A DNA stretch of 64,000 nt from Eledone cirrhosa. Lineage: Eukaryota. Both the position numbers and the translations under genes were made by a program. Shown piece by piece: positions 1 to 11,622 of the stretch. Below the pieces are notes generated by a model that saw nothing but the letters and a program-made list of their open reading frames with translations, was not told the DNA's origin and made no database searches. The stretch's first letter is position 1; each line of letters begins with the position of its first letter. The stretch lies in NCBI GenBank assembly GCA_964016885.1, contig OZ024742.1, forward strand, positions 142,910,001 to 142,974,000. Reading direction: 5' to 3'.

Positions 1-1405
1 CATCATTTTATGTCTGTTTCCATGTTGTCATGAGTTGAATGAGTTGTCATAATCTGCGACTAGACGGATCAGAGGGCCATGTTCCATTTTGGCATTGTTT
101 TTATAGCTGGATGCCCTTTCTAATTCCAGCCACTTTACAGAGTGTACTGGATGCATTTTATTGTAGCATCAACACTACCACTTTACAGAATGTACTGAGT
201 GCATTTTATTAATGCACCTACACTACCCCTTTAGAGAATGTTCAGGGTGCATTTTATCATGGAACCAATACTACTGCTTTAGCGTGTACAGATATTTAAA
301 AAGGGAAAATGAAGAGAAGGGCAAGATCTGTAAGGTCACAGAAAGATGAGAGGGTGAAGAGGGAGGGTGATGGGTTCTAGGCCTAGGACGCTGCGGTGTG
401 CGGCTGCCCCCCCCCCCCCGGACAAGACTGCAAAAGTGTTTAGCGGACAATGGTCAGCGACACCTACTGTAACAACCACATCATCTCATGGGGCTCCTTC
501 CTCAGATGGGATGGAAAGTGAAAGCTCAGATGGCAAAAGATCAGAATGCAAGCATAAATGTATCTTAAACGAGGCAAACCACAGAAAGTTGCTAAAGATT
601 GGTGTGAATGGTGTTGAATCATCAAATACTTATTGGGAAGTAGATGATTAATAATAATTATATGAATTTGGGTATCCTTGACAATAAATCTCAAATAAAG
701 ACAATGAAAATATATCTCGTCTGATTCACTGTGTATGCTAGGGTTAAGGTCCCCTCATGAATATGTAAAGAGTGGAGCATGCAAAATGAATCCAATTAAT
801 CGGGGAACACTCCCTAACCTCTTCTCTCAGACTCTTATTTCCTTACTGATGAAGGACTAACGCCAATACTTTGAAGGCACTTATTATTCTTTTCCTAACA
901 GACATTTTTTCTCGGATTTCCTTGGGAACTTTCTAGGTGCAAAATCCATGGTCATTTATGACCAAGGTTTTTTATTTTTTACTTATCTGTTTATCTACCT
1001 ACCTACTTGTGTGTGCGTGTTAGGTGTGTAATTAGTTATAGGCGGCGCACCGTTTAAAGCACTCAAGCTGTTATGGTCAGTCTCGTTCGGGTTGTATATA
1101 TATAATATATATATGTACATTTTCTTCTTTGCGCGATCATAATATAATCTTGTAATTAATTTTGAAATTAAAGAAAACAAAAATTAACTCAGGTTGAAAT
1201 CGTATTATGTATTTTTTTAAAAATCGTCTAACTTTATATATTTATTCCAAATTGGTAGATTCATCACAGTAGCACTCCCTGTGACAACTATTAATATATG
1301 GCTGGTTCCCTTCTGCATCGCTACACGGAAGTTAAAATAATTATACTCAAATTTTAGTGAGTACTTTTTCTCTTGTTTATAAAGAAAAGAAAGAAAAGCC
1401 CTCCG

Positions 1406-1448
<43 letters not shown>

Positions 1449-1582
1449 GTATGTTGTGTACCGGTATTGAGCGCTCGCGTTTCATAAATGTGTGTGAGAG
1501 AGAGATAGATTACAAGTATGAATGCAAATCTAAAGGAGAAAGTAAAGTGCTAAATATAAAAGTTTATAAAATACATAGTTAC

Positions 1583-1664
1583 CGTTTGATAAATCATTTT
1601 CATTACACAAACAAAGAGTCAATTGTACCGAAAGAACAAATAAAATAACAGTAAATGCCGCCAT
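1583..1664 (-). CDS. Probable first coding exon (signal peptide) of an unidentified secreted or membrane protein gene
   Basis: Minus strand reads aatATGGCG MAAFTVILFVLSVQLTLCLCNENDLSN+1 nt, then donor GTAACT (phase 1). Hydrophobic core followed by polar residues, in a locally CpG-rich region. No downstream exon confirmed. Confidence 0.5.
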
Positions 1665-3164
1665 ATTAACAAAATACACACTAGGTTCACTGCCTCAGTA
1701 ATAGCTTAATAGAGACTGTGAACCTTATTGATAGCGTCGAAATTATCGTCTGCAGTGAATATTATATTAAACGTGTTTATGTTTGTTTTTCTTTTCTAAA
1801 ATTAAGATATATATATATATTTCCCATCAGAGTCTTTTTACCAGTATTGGTACTTCGAAAGTGGAAGTAAATTCATAACGACTACAACGGTTGAATTGGT
1901 ATCAATATTTTTAAAAAAGGAAATATTTCGTTTCATTCACTGAATTCATATCGTAAATATATTTAAGAGTGTATTTCGTACTTTGTGATTAAAAAACAAA
2001 CAAAAACTAAATTAACGCTCCGTTTTTGTAGTTGTAGTACACTATCATTTTCCGCGTTCCATTAACAAAATATTATTCTCACGCTGAATTTTCAACAATT
2101 ATTGACTCTATTATTAATTAGCGATAGCTCTGAAACCCAACCACTTGGTATTATAGACATGTAGGGTCAGATGGTTAATTGGTATTGGTAGGTATGGTAG
2201 CATCCATTTGCCTAAGGACTTCGTTTCTGAGCGGATCCCTTTTGGTTTTGCCAGCTGCACGCTAGAGACATCACAGCCCACAGGTTATGAGTTTTCACTC
2301 CAGAGCTTTGTTCAGAGTCCAGGCTTGGCACTGGTAGATGAGGATGGAGCAAAGATTGAGTTAAACACTTTGATCTCCATTGGTAAGCTTGGGTTTTTAT
2401 GAGAAGTGATATATATAAATGTATATGTTACAATCCAATCTTCATCATCCTGATCTTTTTTTTTTTTAAAGAGTATGTAGGAATTCATTGGGAGTATAAC
2501 TTACAAGAGTATAACTTACCATTTCCACTTTCTCCAAGGTCTTAACGTCAGTAATTTATCAGCTTTCACTTTTGCAGTTGCCTCTATCATAAACCTATAG
2601 TTATCAATTTATCAAAGACCATGTTATATTTTGTAATTATTTATTTCATAGATTCTAGAAAAGACCCACCCACCAGTACAAGCACCATGACACTAAATGT
2701 AAATTTGATGAGAGGTCAGAGAATGCATGGAAAATAGAGATCCCTTTTTAGCTTGAATCGGATGAAACAATCTTTCTCGTTTGGGCACAAGAATAAAATG
2801 CACCCAGTATGTTCTGTAAAGTGGATGGTGATCTAACAGACAATAAAGGGTAGAGAAGACTCATCAGTCTTGCCAAGTGCAAGCCAACATCTCTAATGCT
2901 GACACCATAATAAAATACACCCAATACACTCTAGAAAGTGGATGGCTCAAGGAAAGGCATCCAGTCATAGAAACCATGCTAGATATGGAATGTAAGGGCA
3001 AGATGTGATTACCTAACTAATCTTATCTTGGACCATGATGATCTATCCAACCCATGTCAGCATGGAAAGTGGACATAAAATGATAATGAGGATAATTTAG
3101 TGAATCGTTTTAGTCACCTCTTATGAAATGCAAGGATGAGGTGTACTGTGAATCTGATACATAC

Positions 3165-3565
3165 ATCATCATCATTGTTTTTACATCCATTTTTCCATGC
3201 TTTCATGGGTTCTATTCAGCACAGCATCTCTCCACACATTGTGATCCTTCGTCATTTCTACAATGAGTTTCAGAGATTTGAGATCAGCTTTCATCATCTC
3301 TGCCCAGGTCATCTTTGGCCTTCCTTCTATTGGGATTTCTTGGCAATCACTATCCATGCGCATCACATGTCCGTACCAATGAAGTCTTCTCTCTTGCACA
3401 CTACTTCTGATGCCGCTTATACTCAGTTCATCCAAGCTCTTAACATTGCTCATCTATCAAAACAAACTTGCTTTATTTCTCTCCAGCCTGCGCATATCCT
3501 CTGCAGTCACTGCCTATGTTTCTGAACCATGCGGCATAGCACTTCACACACAGGCAGTCATAGGA
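3165..3565 (-). mobile_element. RTE-clade LINE 3' fragment (degenerate)
   Basis: Translation ERRLHWYGHVMRM...GRPKMTW matches the C-terminus of the longer RTE copy at 36773-38092; (GAT)n tail at about 3165. Confidence 0.75.
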
Positions 3566-5435
3566 AAATAACTAACAATTTACTTTCAGTCTGCCTTGCA
3601 GCAAAACAAAGGCTTCTGGCTCAACACAGTTCCCTCTTTCTCAACTGGCAATCTTTTTGACGATGAGTGTACATACATGAGAGTTACCTTACAGTGTTTC
3701 AATCTTTACCTGTGTGAGAAAAAAACAACACAAGACAAATGTATAATTTACAGCTCACATCTATGCAGGCCTAATACAAATGAGACTGCATCTCATCAGA
3801 AGTTTCTTAACTGTTTTAATGATAGGGGCCTGTCCTATCATGAAAAGTAACATAAAATAAAGTATCATGCTGAAGAACACAATGTGCCAGCTGGTCCAGT
3901 ATTTGAATTCATGATCTTACAATCAAGAGTTTCACAGCCCGTTCATTAGGCCACTTGCCTGTATGGGTGAAATAAATGCTGTAGTGGAGCAACTGTTAAT
4001 GAATTTGGACTGTATCTATTCCTTTGTTGTCACATTAAAAAGAGCTTTGATGCTGCCTGTTTCCCATCATAACTGGAACCTATTGCCATTAACCATAGCA
4101 ACAGTAAGAATCTGGACAGAACAACCCTTTTCCCATACAACTTCATTAAAAGTTATGGAATTGGTGATTTAACTTTCTCATTATTATGTTAGTGTTTGGC
4201 ATATAGCTTAGCAAAGGTTCTTACATAAAATTATAATTTCAGGTGGTTTTGTATCAAAGGGGTCAATAGTTTGAGGTCTTAAAAGACAACACCCATCAAG
4301 ATGCCACATAGTATGACATAGTCTAAGGGGCCAGCTTTGTTGCTTTAGATATAAGCCCAAGAATGCTTGCCTGCAATAAAGAGGAAAGATGAAAGATGAA
4401 TAAATGCCAGTCATTAACAGACATTCAATTTCAAGACAGTCTAACGGTTAGCCTTGTTGCTTCAGATTTATGCCCAAGAATGCTTGTTTATTTCAAAGAA
4501 GCCAGTGTTGAGAACTTGGATGTCCTTTATCCCCAGACTGATACTGTCTTCTTTGTTGAAAGTGTTAAGCTTGAGGGAAGAGCCCTGAGAGATAGAGTGG
4601 CTGATGCAGCAGACATTGCTGGTTGTTCTTCACAGCAATGATTAAGCAATCTTGTATGCAGGGTATAGATGAGATGTTCGACAAGGTATGAAGTGTTTCA
4701 CTGCATACATGTATTTTTAAAAAATTAAAATGTTAAATTTACTTCATTTAATAGCAATTAAGACAATGAATTGGCAGAGTCAATAAAATGCTTTGCAATA
4801 TTCATTCTGACACGGCTCCCATTATTTAACGTCCATTTTTTCCACACTAGCTCGGGTTAAATGAGTTGTCACGTTGAGACAAGCCAGGTCAGATGACCAT
4901 GCCTAGCTCATACAGAACTGATTCTGGCTCAGTTTCTACGACTGGATCCCCTTCCTAATGCCAACCACATGTGAAGTGTGTACTGGGTGCCTTTTTGGAT
5001 TGATAAATATGTGCAAGCCTAGTATTGGGGTTGAGTTTTCTCTTGCTTTCTTTCTCTCTCAGAAAGAAATCTGGTATATATCAAACCTGGAGAAGGATGG
5101 ATGATATCAAGTTTAAAATGCTTATGACACACTGTAAATCTCAATGGTGCCCCTACGGCACCATTAGGAATCATGAGACAGTGTTCAATGAAAAAATATA
5201 ATACAATCCGTATAGTTTTCAGGCAAAGGTTTTTATACATTTGTGCAAAAAAACAATTTTCAATGGAAAAAAGAAATTAAAAAAAACAAACTAATGATAT
5301 TTGTCCCTCAATTGATTTGAGAAAGATTTATTTTATATATCACTATTACATACATTTTTGGTTTTGTTTTACATTTAATTTTTAATCTATAGATGTGTAA
5401 AATATCAAGCATAATCTATATAAGGGGTAAAGAAT

Positions 5436-5860
5436 AATGGTTTCTAACATAGGCACAAGGCCAGTAATTTGCAGGGGAAGGGAGAGTCGATTATATATCG
5501 AACCCAGTAACTGACTGGTACTTCATTTTATCAGCCCTTGAAGGATGAAAGGCAAAGTTGATCATAGCAGGATTTGAACTCAGAATATAAAAAGCCGGAT
5601 CAAATACTGTTATGCATTTGTCTGATGCTCTAACCACTCTGCCAATCCACTGTCCTTAATGGTTTATAATTTAAGCACAAAGCCTGCAATTTGAGAGTAG
5701 GGAAAAGTCGATAAAATCAGCTCCAGTACTTGACTGGTACTTTATTTTATTGACCATGGAAGAATGAAAATCAAAGTTGACCTTCGAGGAATTTGAATTC
5801 TGAATATAATGAACTAGAACAAATACCACAAAGCATTTTGTATGATGCTTTAATGATTCT
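5436..5860 (-). mobile_element. Two adjacent older tRNA-derived SINE copies
   Basis: Two repeats of the motif set ggtactt.attttatc.acc...ggatgaaaggcaaagt.gac...gatttgaactc (B-box-like GAGTTCAAATCC on the minus strand), shared with 5880-6060 and 62196-62420. Confidence 0.7.
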
Positions 5861-5879
5861 GCCAGTTGGAATAAATAAT

Positions 5880-6060
5880 TGTTTCTACTTTAGGCACAAG
5901 GCCAGCAATTACCCAGTGCATTACTGGTACTTTATTTTATCGACCCCGTAAGGATGAAAGGCAAAGTCAACCTCGGCGGGATTTGAACTCAGATCGTAAA
6001 GGGACGTAACTATGCTGGAAAGCATGGCGTCAGACCCTCTACCGATACTGCCAATCCACC
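5880..6060 (-). mobile_element. tRNA-derived SINE with 19-bp target-site duplication
   Basis: Minus strand begins GGTGGATTGGCAGTATCGGTAGA (A-box-like) and has GAGTTCAAATCC (B-box-like). Flanked by direct repeat GCCAGTTGGAATAAATAAT at 5861-5879 and 6061-6079. Confidence 0.85.
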
Positions 6061-7120
6061 GCCAGTTGGAATAAATAATAATAATATTTTTCAACTAAAT
6101 AAAGACTAAAAAAAAAAACACAAACCAATTGTGTTCACAAGAATATTTTAGTTTTCTGAATATAAGGACTGATGTACAGCAGCAATCTTTCAGTACTTAA
6201 AACTCTGAGTCGTCAGTTAATTTTATTAATAGATCACAATATTCTAAATGAGTACCTGTAGCAACAGCTGAGGGATAATCCTACAATGAATTGGTGTCTC
6301 ATTCAGGGAAGTGAGTATTGTACACTCAGCCATTTAACACCAACGAAACCACGATAAGTTACCGGTTGATGAGCCTCTGGACTTAGGACAGACTAACTTT
6401 TTTTAATGTTAATATGCCACATGAAGATTCCTTATGTATCCCATTTAGAATAGATACACTGTATCCCTGCCTGTCATAAGAGGCAACTAAAAGAGTTGGT
6501 GCCAGAGGGCATCTGGTTGTAGAATATTGTCTCAAAAAGGATCCCCATGATGAGTATTAAGCTTGTCATGGGGTCTGCAAGGCTAATCCCAGCTTTAGCA
6601 AGGAAGATGGCTTTTAAATGCTTATTATTATTATAATATGTCACTTGAAAAACAAATAAATAGCTGTCTATTTATATTTGCCATCACGACTGGCAAACTG
6701 CCTATGCCAAAAAAATTACAATAAATCCCTCAAAATACCATAATCATCTAATCCCCATTGTAAAAAATTGTTTAAATGCTATTATTAGTCAAAATGTTTC
6801 ATAATTCTGAGATAAATCTAATTCAACAGCAAGGGATGTAAATGATATTAAAATATATATTTATACATATATATGTATATAGTTCAATGTGAAGATCTAA
6901 ATTTTATAAAAAAAATAAATTAAAAAAAAAGACAGAAAAAGATATTTTAAGAGATGGAGGGTTAATCTCTGAAATTTAAATGGAATTTTTATTCTGGCTT
7001 GATTGTGCATAAGGAATAATAATATACACAGACATAATTTGGACAATGATTGGTCATCACAACCAAAAAAATGGTGGTGTTCAGATGTTCAACATAAACC
7101 AGACGAAAGAAACAGCAGTA

Positions 7121-7192
7121 TTATTGGCATGTATTGTAAGAACCACAGTCAGGGCACTTCAATCCTAAAAAGTGAAGGTCAACGACATTATG
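7121..7192 (-). CDS. RCHY1: RCHY1/Pirh2 coding exon 8 (last), C-terminal zinc ribbon
   Basis: ttttcAG acceptor, then HNVVDLHFLGLKCPDCGSYNTCQ*, matching the Pirh2 C-terminal H..G.KC..C.SYNT motif. Confidence 0.93.
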   Translation of the reverse strand, partial: HNVVDLHFLGLKCPDCGSYNTCQ

Positions 7193-7233
7193 CTGAAAAG
7201 AGAAAAAAAAATTACTAAAATATGTTCAAGTTT

Positions 7234-7317
7234 ATATTATAAATAGACTAGATGATAAGGTGTTTATATTATAAATAGACTAGATGATAAGGTGTGTATA
7301 TTATAAATAGACTAGAG
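7234..7317. repeat. Short tandem repeat, 32-bp unit, about 2.5 copies
   Basis: tatattataaatagactagatgataaggtgt repeated directly. Confidence 0.8.
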
Positions 7318-7376
7318 AATCGGATTCGAAATCGTGAGGTTGCAAGTTTGATTCCCGGGTGATGCTTTATGTCTTA

Positions 7377-8060
7377 TAATAATGAAATTATTGTGTAAAG
7401 TGCTCAGGTGCACTACAACTCGTCAAAGGTGCATGTATAGTGTATGAGTCATGATATACATGTGTGTATATGTATGGAGAGGGGAACATTAGGTGTAGTG
7501 TTGGCGAATCTTGGGAAGCATGGAGGATTTAAAGGATGCAGTGTTTCCGAAAGTCATGGGAACTGTGCTGTTTTCTGACTTTGTGGGCATGCCAACGTGT
7601 GTTAGACACATGGAAATCAAAAAGGTACTCAGGGTTGTTGTTGGCAAGATGGTTAACAATTTTGTGGGTGTTTACCAAGTCAGTTGCCAGGCGTCGGAGC
7701 TTCAATGTATCCATGCCCAGGGAAGCAAGGCGTTCAGAATATGGTAGATGCCTGATGGAGTGTATTCACTTGGTTGCACGTCCCTGAACAGTTTCTAGGC
7801 GGTCAATGTTCTGAGCAAGGTAGGGGTTCCAGACTGGTGATGCAAAAGTGTGGCCGCACCATAGCCATGTACAGCCTTAAATAGATAGCTGGAGAGCGGC
7901 TGACAAAGGTCTTGCTGAGTGATGCTAAGACACCCTCGGCCCACTTGACAATTTTAGAGACGTGCTTCATCCAACGCAAATCGCTGCTGACTGTAATGCC
8001 CAGCTCATGTTCACAAGAAGACTTCTTGTTATTAGTGCTGTGGAGGGAGTATGTGGACGC
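7377..8060 (-). mobile_element. CR1/L2-like LINE 3' fragment inserted into a SINE
   Basis: Translations LYMAMVRPH... and MDTLKLRRLATDLVNTHKIVNHL...RKH resemble CR1-group RT C-termini. The SINE head at 7320-7376 resumes at 8061 (ttgagcaaaacactttatttcacattgctc). Same family at 33780-34290. Confidence 0.8.
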
Positions 8061-8609
8061 TTGAGCAAAACACTTTATTTCACATTGCTCTTTCTGCCAG
8101 GAGTTGCAATTGGTAGATGGTATTAGCAATTGAAAGACCAATGGAAACATTGTTTCCTTGGTTTGATTTGACGAGTTCCACCCCACTTGGTAAGTGAATG
8201 AGATCTGGGATTTTGTTGATTGAGCCCCAAGTTGGTAAGCTTGCTGCCAGCTAGACCCTGCAGCAAACATGAAATGTTTGCTTTGCTCACATTTTACAAT
8301 TTAGCAAATAAAATAATTCACTTATGTTATAATTATAATTGTAATGTTAGTATAAATACAGTAATCTCCTCCTCTCCTATCTTTGTTTTGTAATATAAAA
8401 AAAAAAAAAAAAAAAAAATTAATCCATATAGAAGACAATGCCTGTTCATCAACATAATCGTCGTTTTTATGTCCACTTTTCCACACTTGCATGGGTTGGA
8501 TGATTTCATCATCATCGTTTAACGTCTATTTTCCATGCTAGCATGGGTTTGTCCCATTAGAAGCAACTTGGGTTGGGTGACCATGTCTCGCACATATAGG
8601 ACTATTTCT

Positions 8610-9062
8610 ACACCTGTACAAGAGCATCGTGCTGCCGACAGTGCTTTATGCGAGTGAGACCTGGAAGAGTACGGCAGAAATAGAGACGGCTGAACGCTTT
8701 CCACCAGTGGTGCCTGCGAAAGATCCTTCGTGTGTCCTGGCGCGACCGAGTGCGAAACGAGGAGATCCTGCAGAGAGCCGAGTCGTGGACGCTACAGAGA
8801 GTGGTGACGGAGCGTCGGTGCCCTCTGGCTGGCCATATTCTGCGTCAGCCAAATGAACAGCATTCGAAAACAGCGATGAACTGGACTCTGCCTGGCGGTA
8901 AACGGAGGCGGGGTTGCCCAAGATCACCTGGCGACGAATGTTCCGGAAGGACCTGATGGCAGCCAACATCACCTGGCACCGTCTCGAAAAAGTTGCCGCT
9001 GATCGTGACCGTTGGTGAGTACTTTCTATTCGATGTGCCGAACAGCGCGGAAGAATCTAAGA
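8610..9062 (+). mobile_element. GC-rich LINE 3' fragment (RTE-like, distinct family), nested in an older LINE 3' UTR
   Basis: VLPTVLYASETW...SWRDRVRNEEIL...LAGHILR...GKRRRGCP; abrupt rise in GC and CpG content. Confidence 0.75.
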
Positions 9063-9126
9063 CTACGGCTGGATGCCCTTCCTAACACTAACCACATTTA
9101 CAGTGTGGACTGGGTGCTTTTTGCCA

Positions 9127-9260
9127 TGAATACTATACGACCACTTAACAGTTGGGCTGAGTGGTTTTTGTTGTGAATACTACACGACCACTTAACAGTT
9201 GGGCTGAGTGGTTGTTGTTGTGAATACTACACGACCACTTAACAGTTGGGCTGGGTGTTT
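9127..9260. repeat. About 47-bp tandem repeat, 3 copies
   Basis: tgaatacta(c/t)acgaccacttaacagttgggctg repeated three times. Confidence 0.85.
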
Positions 9261-9672
9261 TTTGTCTTGACACCTACACAAGAGTATGTGAGGGAGTTAG
9301 ATAGATGAGAGTATGGACAAATACACAGGCATTGTTTTATATATTTATTATATTAAAGTGGTTGCATCTGTGGCGTTAATTGCCTGTCATGCTGTGGAAA
9401 GGAAATGGTAAGAATTTGTGAGCAATAAAGAGAAAGTGAGTGGCAACAATGGTAGTTGTGGTGGCAGCAGCAGACACTAAAATATTGTATTTTTTTAATT
9501 TAATGTCTTCACAGGAGAGAGAGCCAGCAGTGGTGTTGCTGAAAAATTTTTAAGCCTATGTTCTAAGAAAATATTGTTTATACTCAAATTATAAATGAGT
9601 AAAATATTTCATTTTGGTAGTTCCAGTCATATGTTAAAAATTTATTCAATTTATATCTAATTATATACAGTA

Positions 9673-9856
9673 TGAGGGTAGGCTGAAAAATTCATAGGCT
9701 GATTATAAAGGAGTGATGCTAGAGCTGTGAAATCTTGCATACATTAATTTCAACACTTATTAATAACTGCATTAATTCTTTCCAGGGACTATGTTGAAAA
9801 ATAATCCTCATTTGGTCATTCCATGAGTGTATCTTGGTCACCCTATGAACTTTTCG
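9673..9856. mobile_element. Mariner-like MITE remnant
   Basis: TA|TGAGGGTAGGCTGAAAAATTCATAGG on the left and partial inverted copy CCTATGAACTTTTC-G|TA on the right (right TIR internally deleted). Confidence 0.5.
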
Positions 9857-10909
9857 TACATATTATTTGAGTATATATACATATCTATATTTAAATTTGA
9901 GCAACTTCTGTCCGTGTTTGTGTGTATGTGTTTGTAAAAGGAAGGAAGGAGATGGTTAAAAAAACTATAACAAAACAGCAGCTGGCATTCCATTTATTAC
10001 ACTGTGTGTGAGTGTATGTGTGTGTTTGTGTAAATGTATGTATGTATTTGTGTGAATGTCTGTGAGCATGTATTTTTGTAGTGTGTCTGTGTTTGTGCAT
10101 TTATATTTATATACTCATATATATAAATGTATACATATACACATCAGCATGTTGAAAAAAATCCTAGATTTTAGATCATAGTGATTTTTAATATGTAGTA
10201 GTTGTTTTTAATCAAACTGTGGAATTTCCATGGTGTCAACTAGTATAGATAAATGTGTAAAGAAAGTCATCATGAAGAAAAAGTCTGAATTTTTTCTGAG
10301 ATGACAAATTATCATTATTAGGTTCATTTTATTTTTCCGATTAGTGTCCTCATTTTGATTGTTATAGTTACATTTTGGCCAGTGTGTCCTACCTACTTCT
10401 TCAAGTGTCTGTTGTATTTGATAATGTTCTTGGGATTTTGAACCACACCTTTTTTTCAAACTAGATGGGTAGATCATTCTCATTTCATTGTCCATGCCTT
10501 GGATAGCATCATCATCATCATTTAGTCAATTAGTTACTTGTGATGTCACTTGTTTGTCCTACTATAGTCACAGGCTAACCTATGCATTGTGCATGAAAAT
10601 TTGATAGACGAAAATTGTACAGAAGCCCATATGTGTGTGTGTGCGCGTGAGCATCCGTTTCTGTGTTTATGTTTATTGTTTGGATATGTCCTATAACTTA
10701 GTTGTTCAACAAAAAGAGATTGATAAAATAAGTACCAGACTTGAAGAAAATAAATACTGGGATCTATATGATAAACTAAATCCCTTCAAGCTTCAAGGTA
10801 GAGCCCCATCATGGTTGCATTCTAATGACTGAAACTAGTTAAAGGATAAAAGAAAAAAAAAAGAATTTAACAGACAGTAGAAATAACAACTGACTACAAA
10901 CAGCCTTAC

Positions 10910-11054
10910 CTTATGGCAATCACGGCAAAGAATATTTGTCTTCACTTCTTTATAAGGAGTGGGCATTTCAGTTTGTTTAACCTCTTCATCTTTCAACTTC
11001 CAGAAAGAGGACATGTTAATCATAGATTTACCACAGATAGGACATGCAAAATGG
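10910..11054 (-). CDS. RCHY1: RCHY1 coding exon 7
   Basis: poly(T)ccAG acceptor; (G)HFACPICGKSMINMSSFWKLKDEEVKQTEMPTPYKEVKTNILCRDCHK; GTAAGG donor; 145 nt. Confidence 0.95.
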
Positions 11055-11084
11055 CTGGAAAAAAAAAAAAAAGATATATAAATA

Positions 11085-11293
11085 CAGGGTATATCAAAAA
11101 GGTTATATTTTAAAAGGCTATATTTTTTAAACAAATGACCAAATAAACATGTGGTAACTTGTACAATACATGTCTGAATATAAAGTTTTATTCTTTTTTT
11201 TATAACTTTTATAAATTTTTTAAAAGTTATTTACATATTGAGTATTTGTAAAAATTGTAAATAAAATTGAATGGTTCTTTTTGACACACCCTG
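11085..11293. mobile_element. Tc1/mariner-type MITE, 209 bp
   Basis: TA|CAGGGTATATCAAAAAG ... CTTTTTGACACACCCTG|TA imperfect 17-bp TIRs with TA target duplication. Confidence 0.75.
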
Positions 11294-11388
11294 TATAAAA
11301 TCATAGAAGTAGATATTGATTTCTTTCTAGGCACTTAATTAGCAGTCAGACGTCATTTATATGCTTGTTTTTTTATTTTCTTGCAATA

Positions 11389-11622
11389 CATCATCATCAT
11401 CCAGTTTTTGATTATGCAGGACACAATTAATCCCTAAGTAGGGGTGGGTTCTGCCTGACAGTGTTCCTTAGTCTCCCGTTCCATGTGTTTCTGTCCGCCG
11501 GTCTCACTTGGGCCGGGCCAGGCCAGGCCAAGTCTAGCTTGATCCCGACGGACATCCCCCATCCAAGTCCTTTTTGGTCTTCCTGGGCCTCGACTGCCTC
11601 ATTCATCACTCTGCGCTCGACA
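11389..11622 (-). mobile_element. LINE 3' end fragment (RTE-like)
   Basis: GC-rich; minus strand encodes ...GRPKRTWMGDVRRD... and ends near a (GAT)n tract. Confidence 0.6.

Noticed and set aside
1045-1095. GC-rich patch between microsatellites as a possible small RNA
   Set aside because: No recognisable snRNA, snoRNA or tRNA motif; only weak resemblance to the 21533 hairpin arm.
1220-1320. Possible exon encoding MQKGTSHILIVVTGSATVMNLP (loosely PPC-decarboxylase-like) or SCHRECYCD (LRR-cap-like)
   Set aside because: Both frames hit a stop with no convincing donor; the Cys-rich frame is out of phase with the 1583 donor; the similarity is too short to trust.
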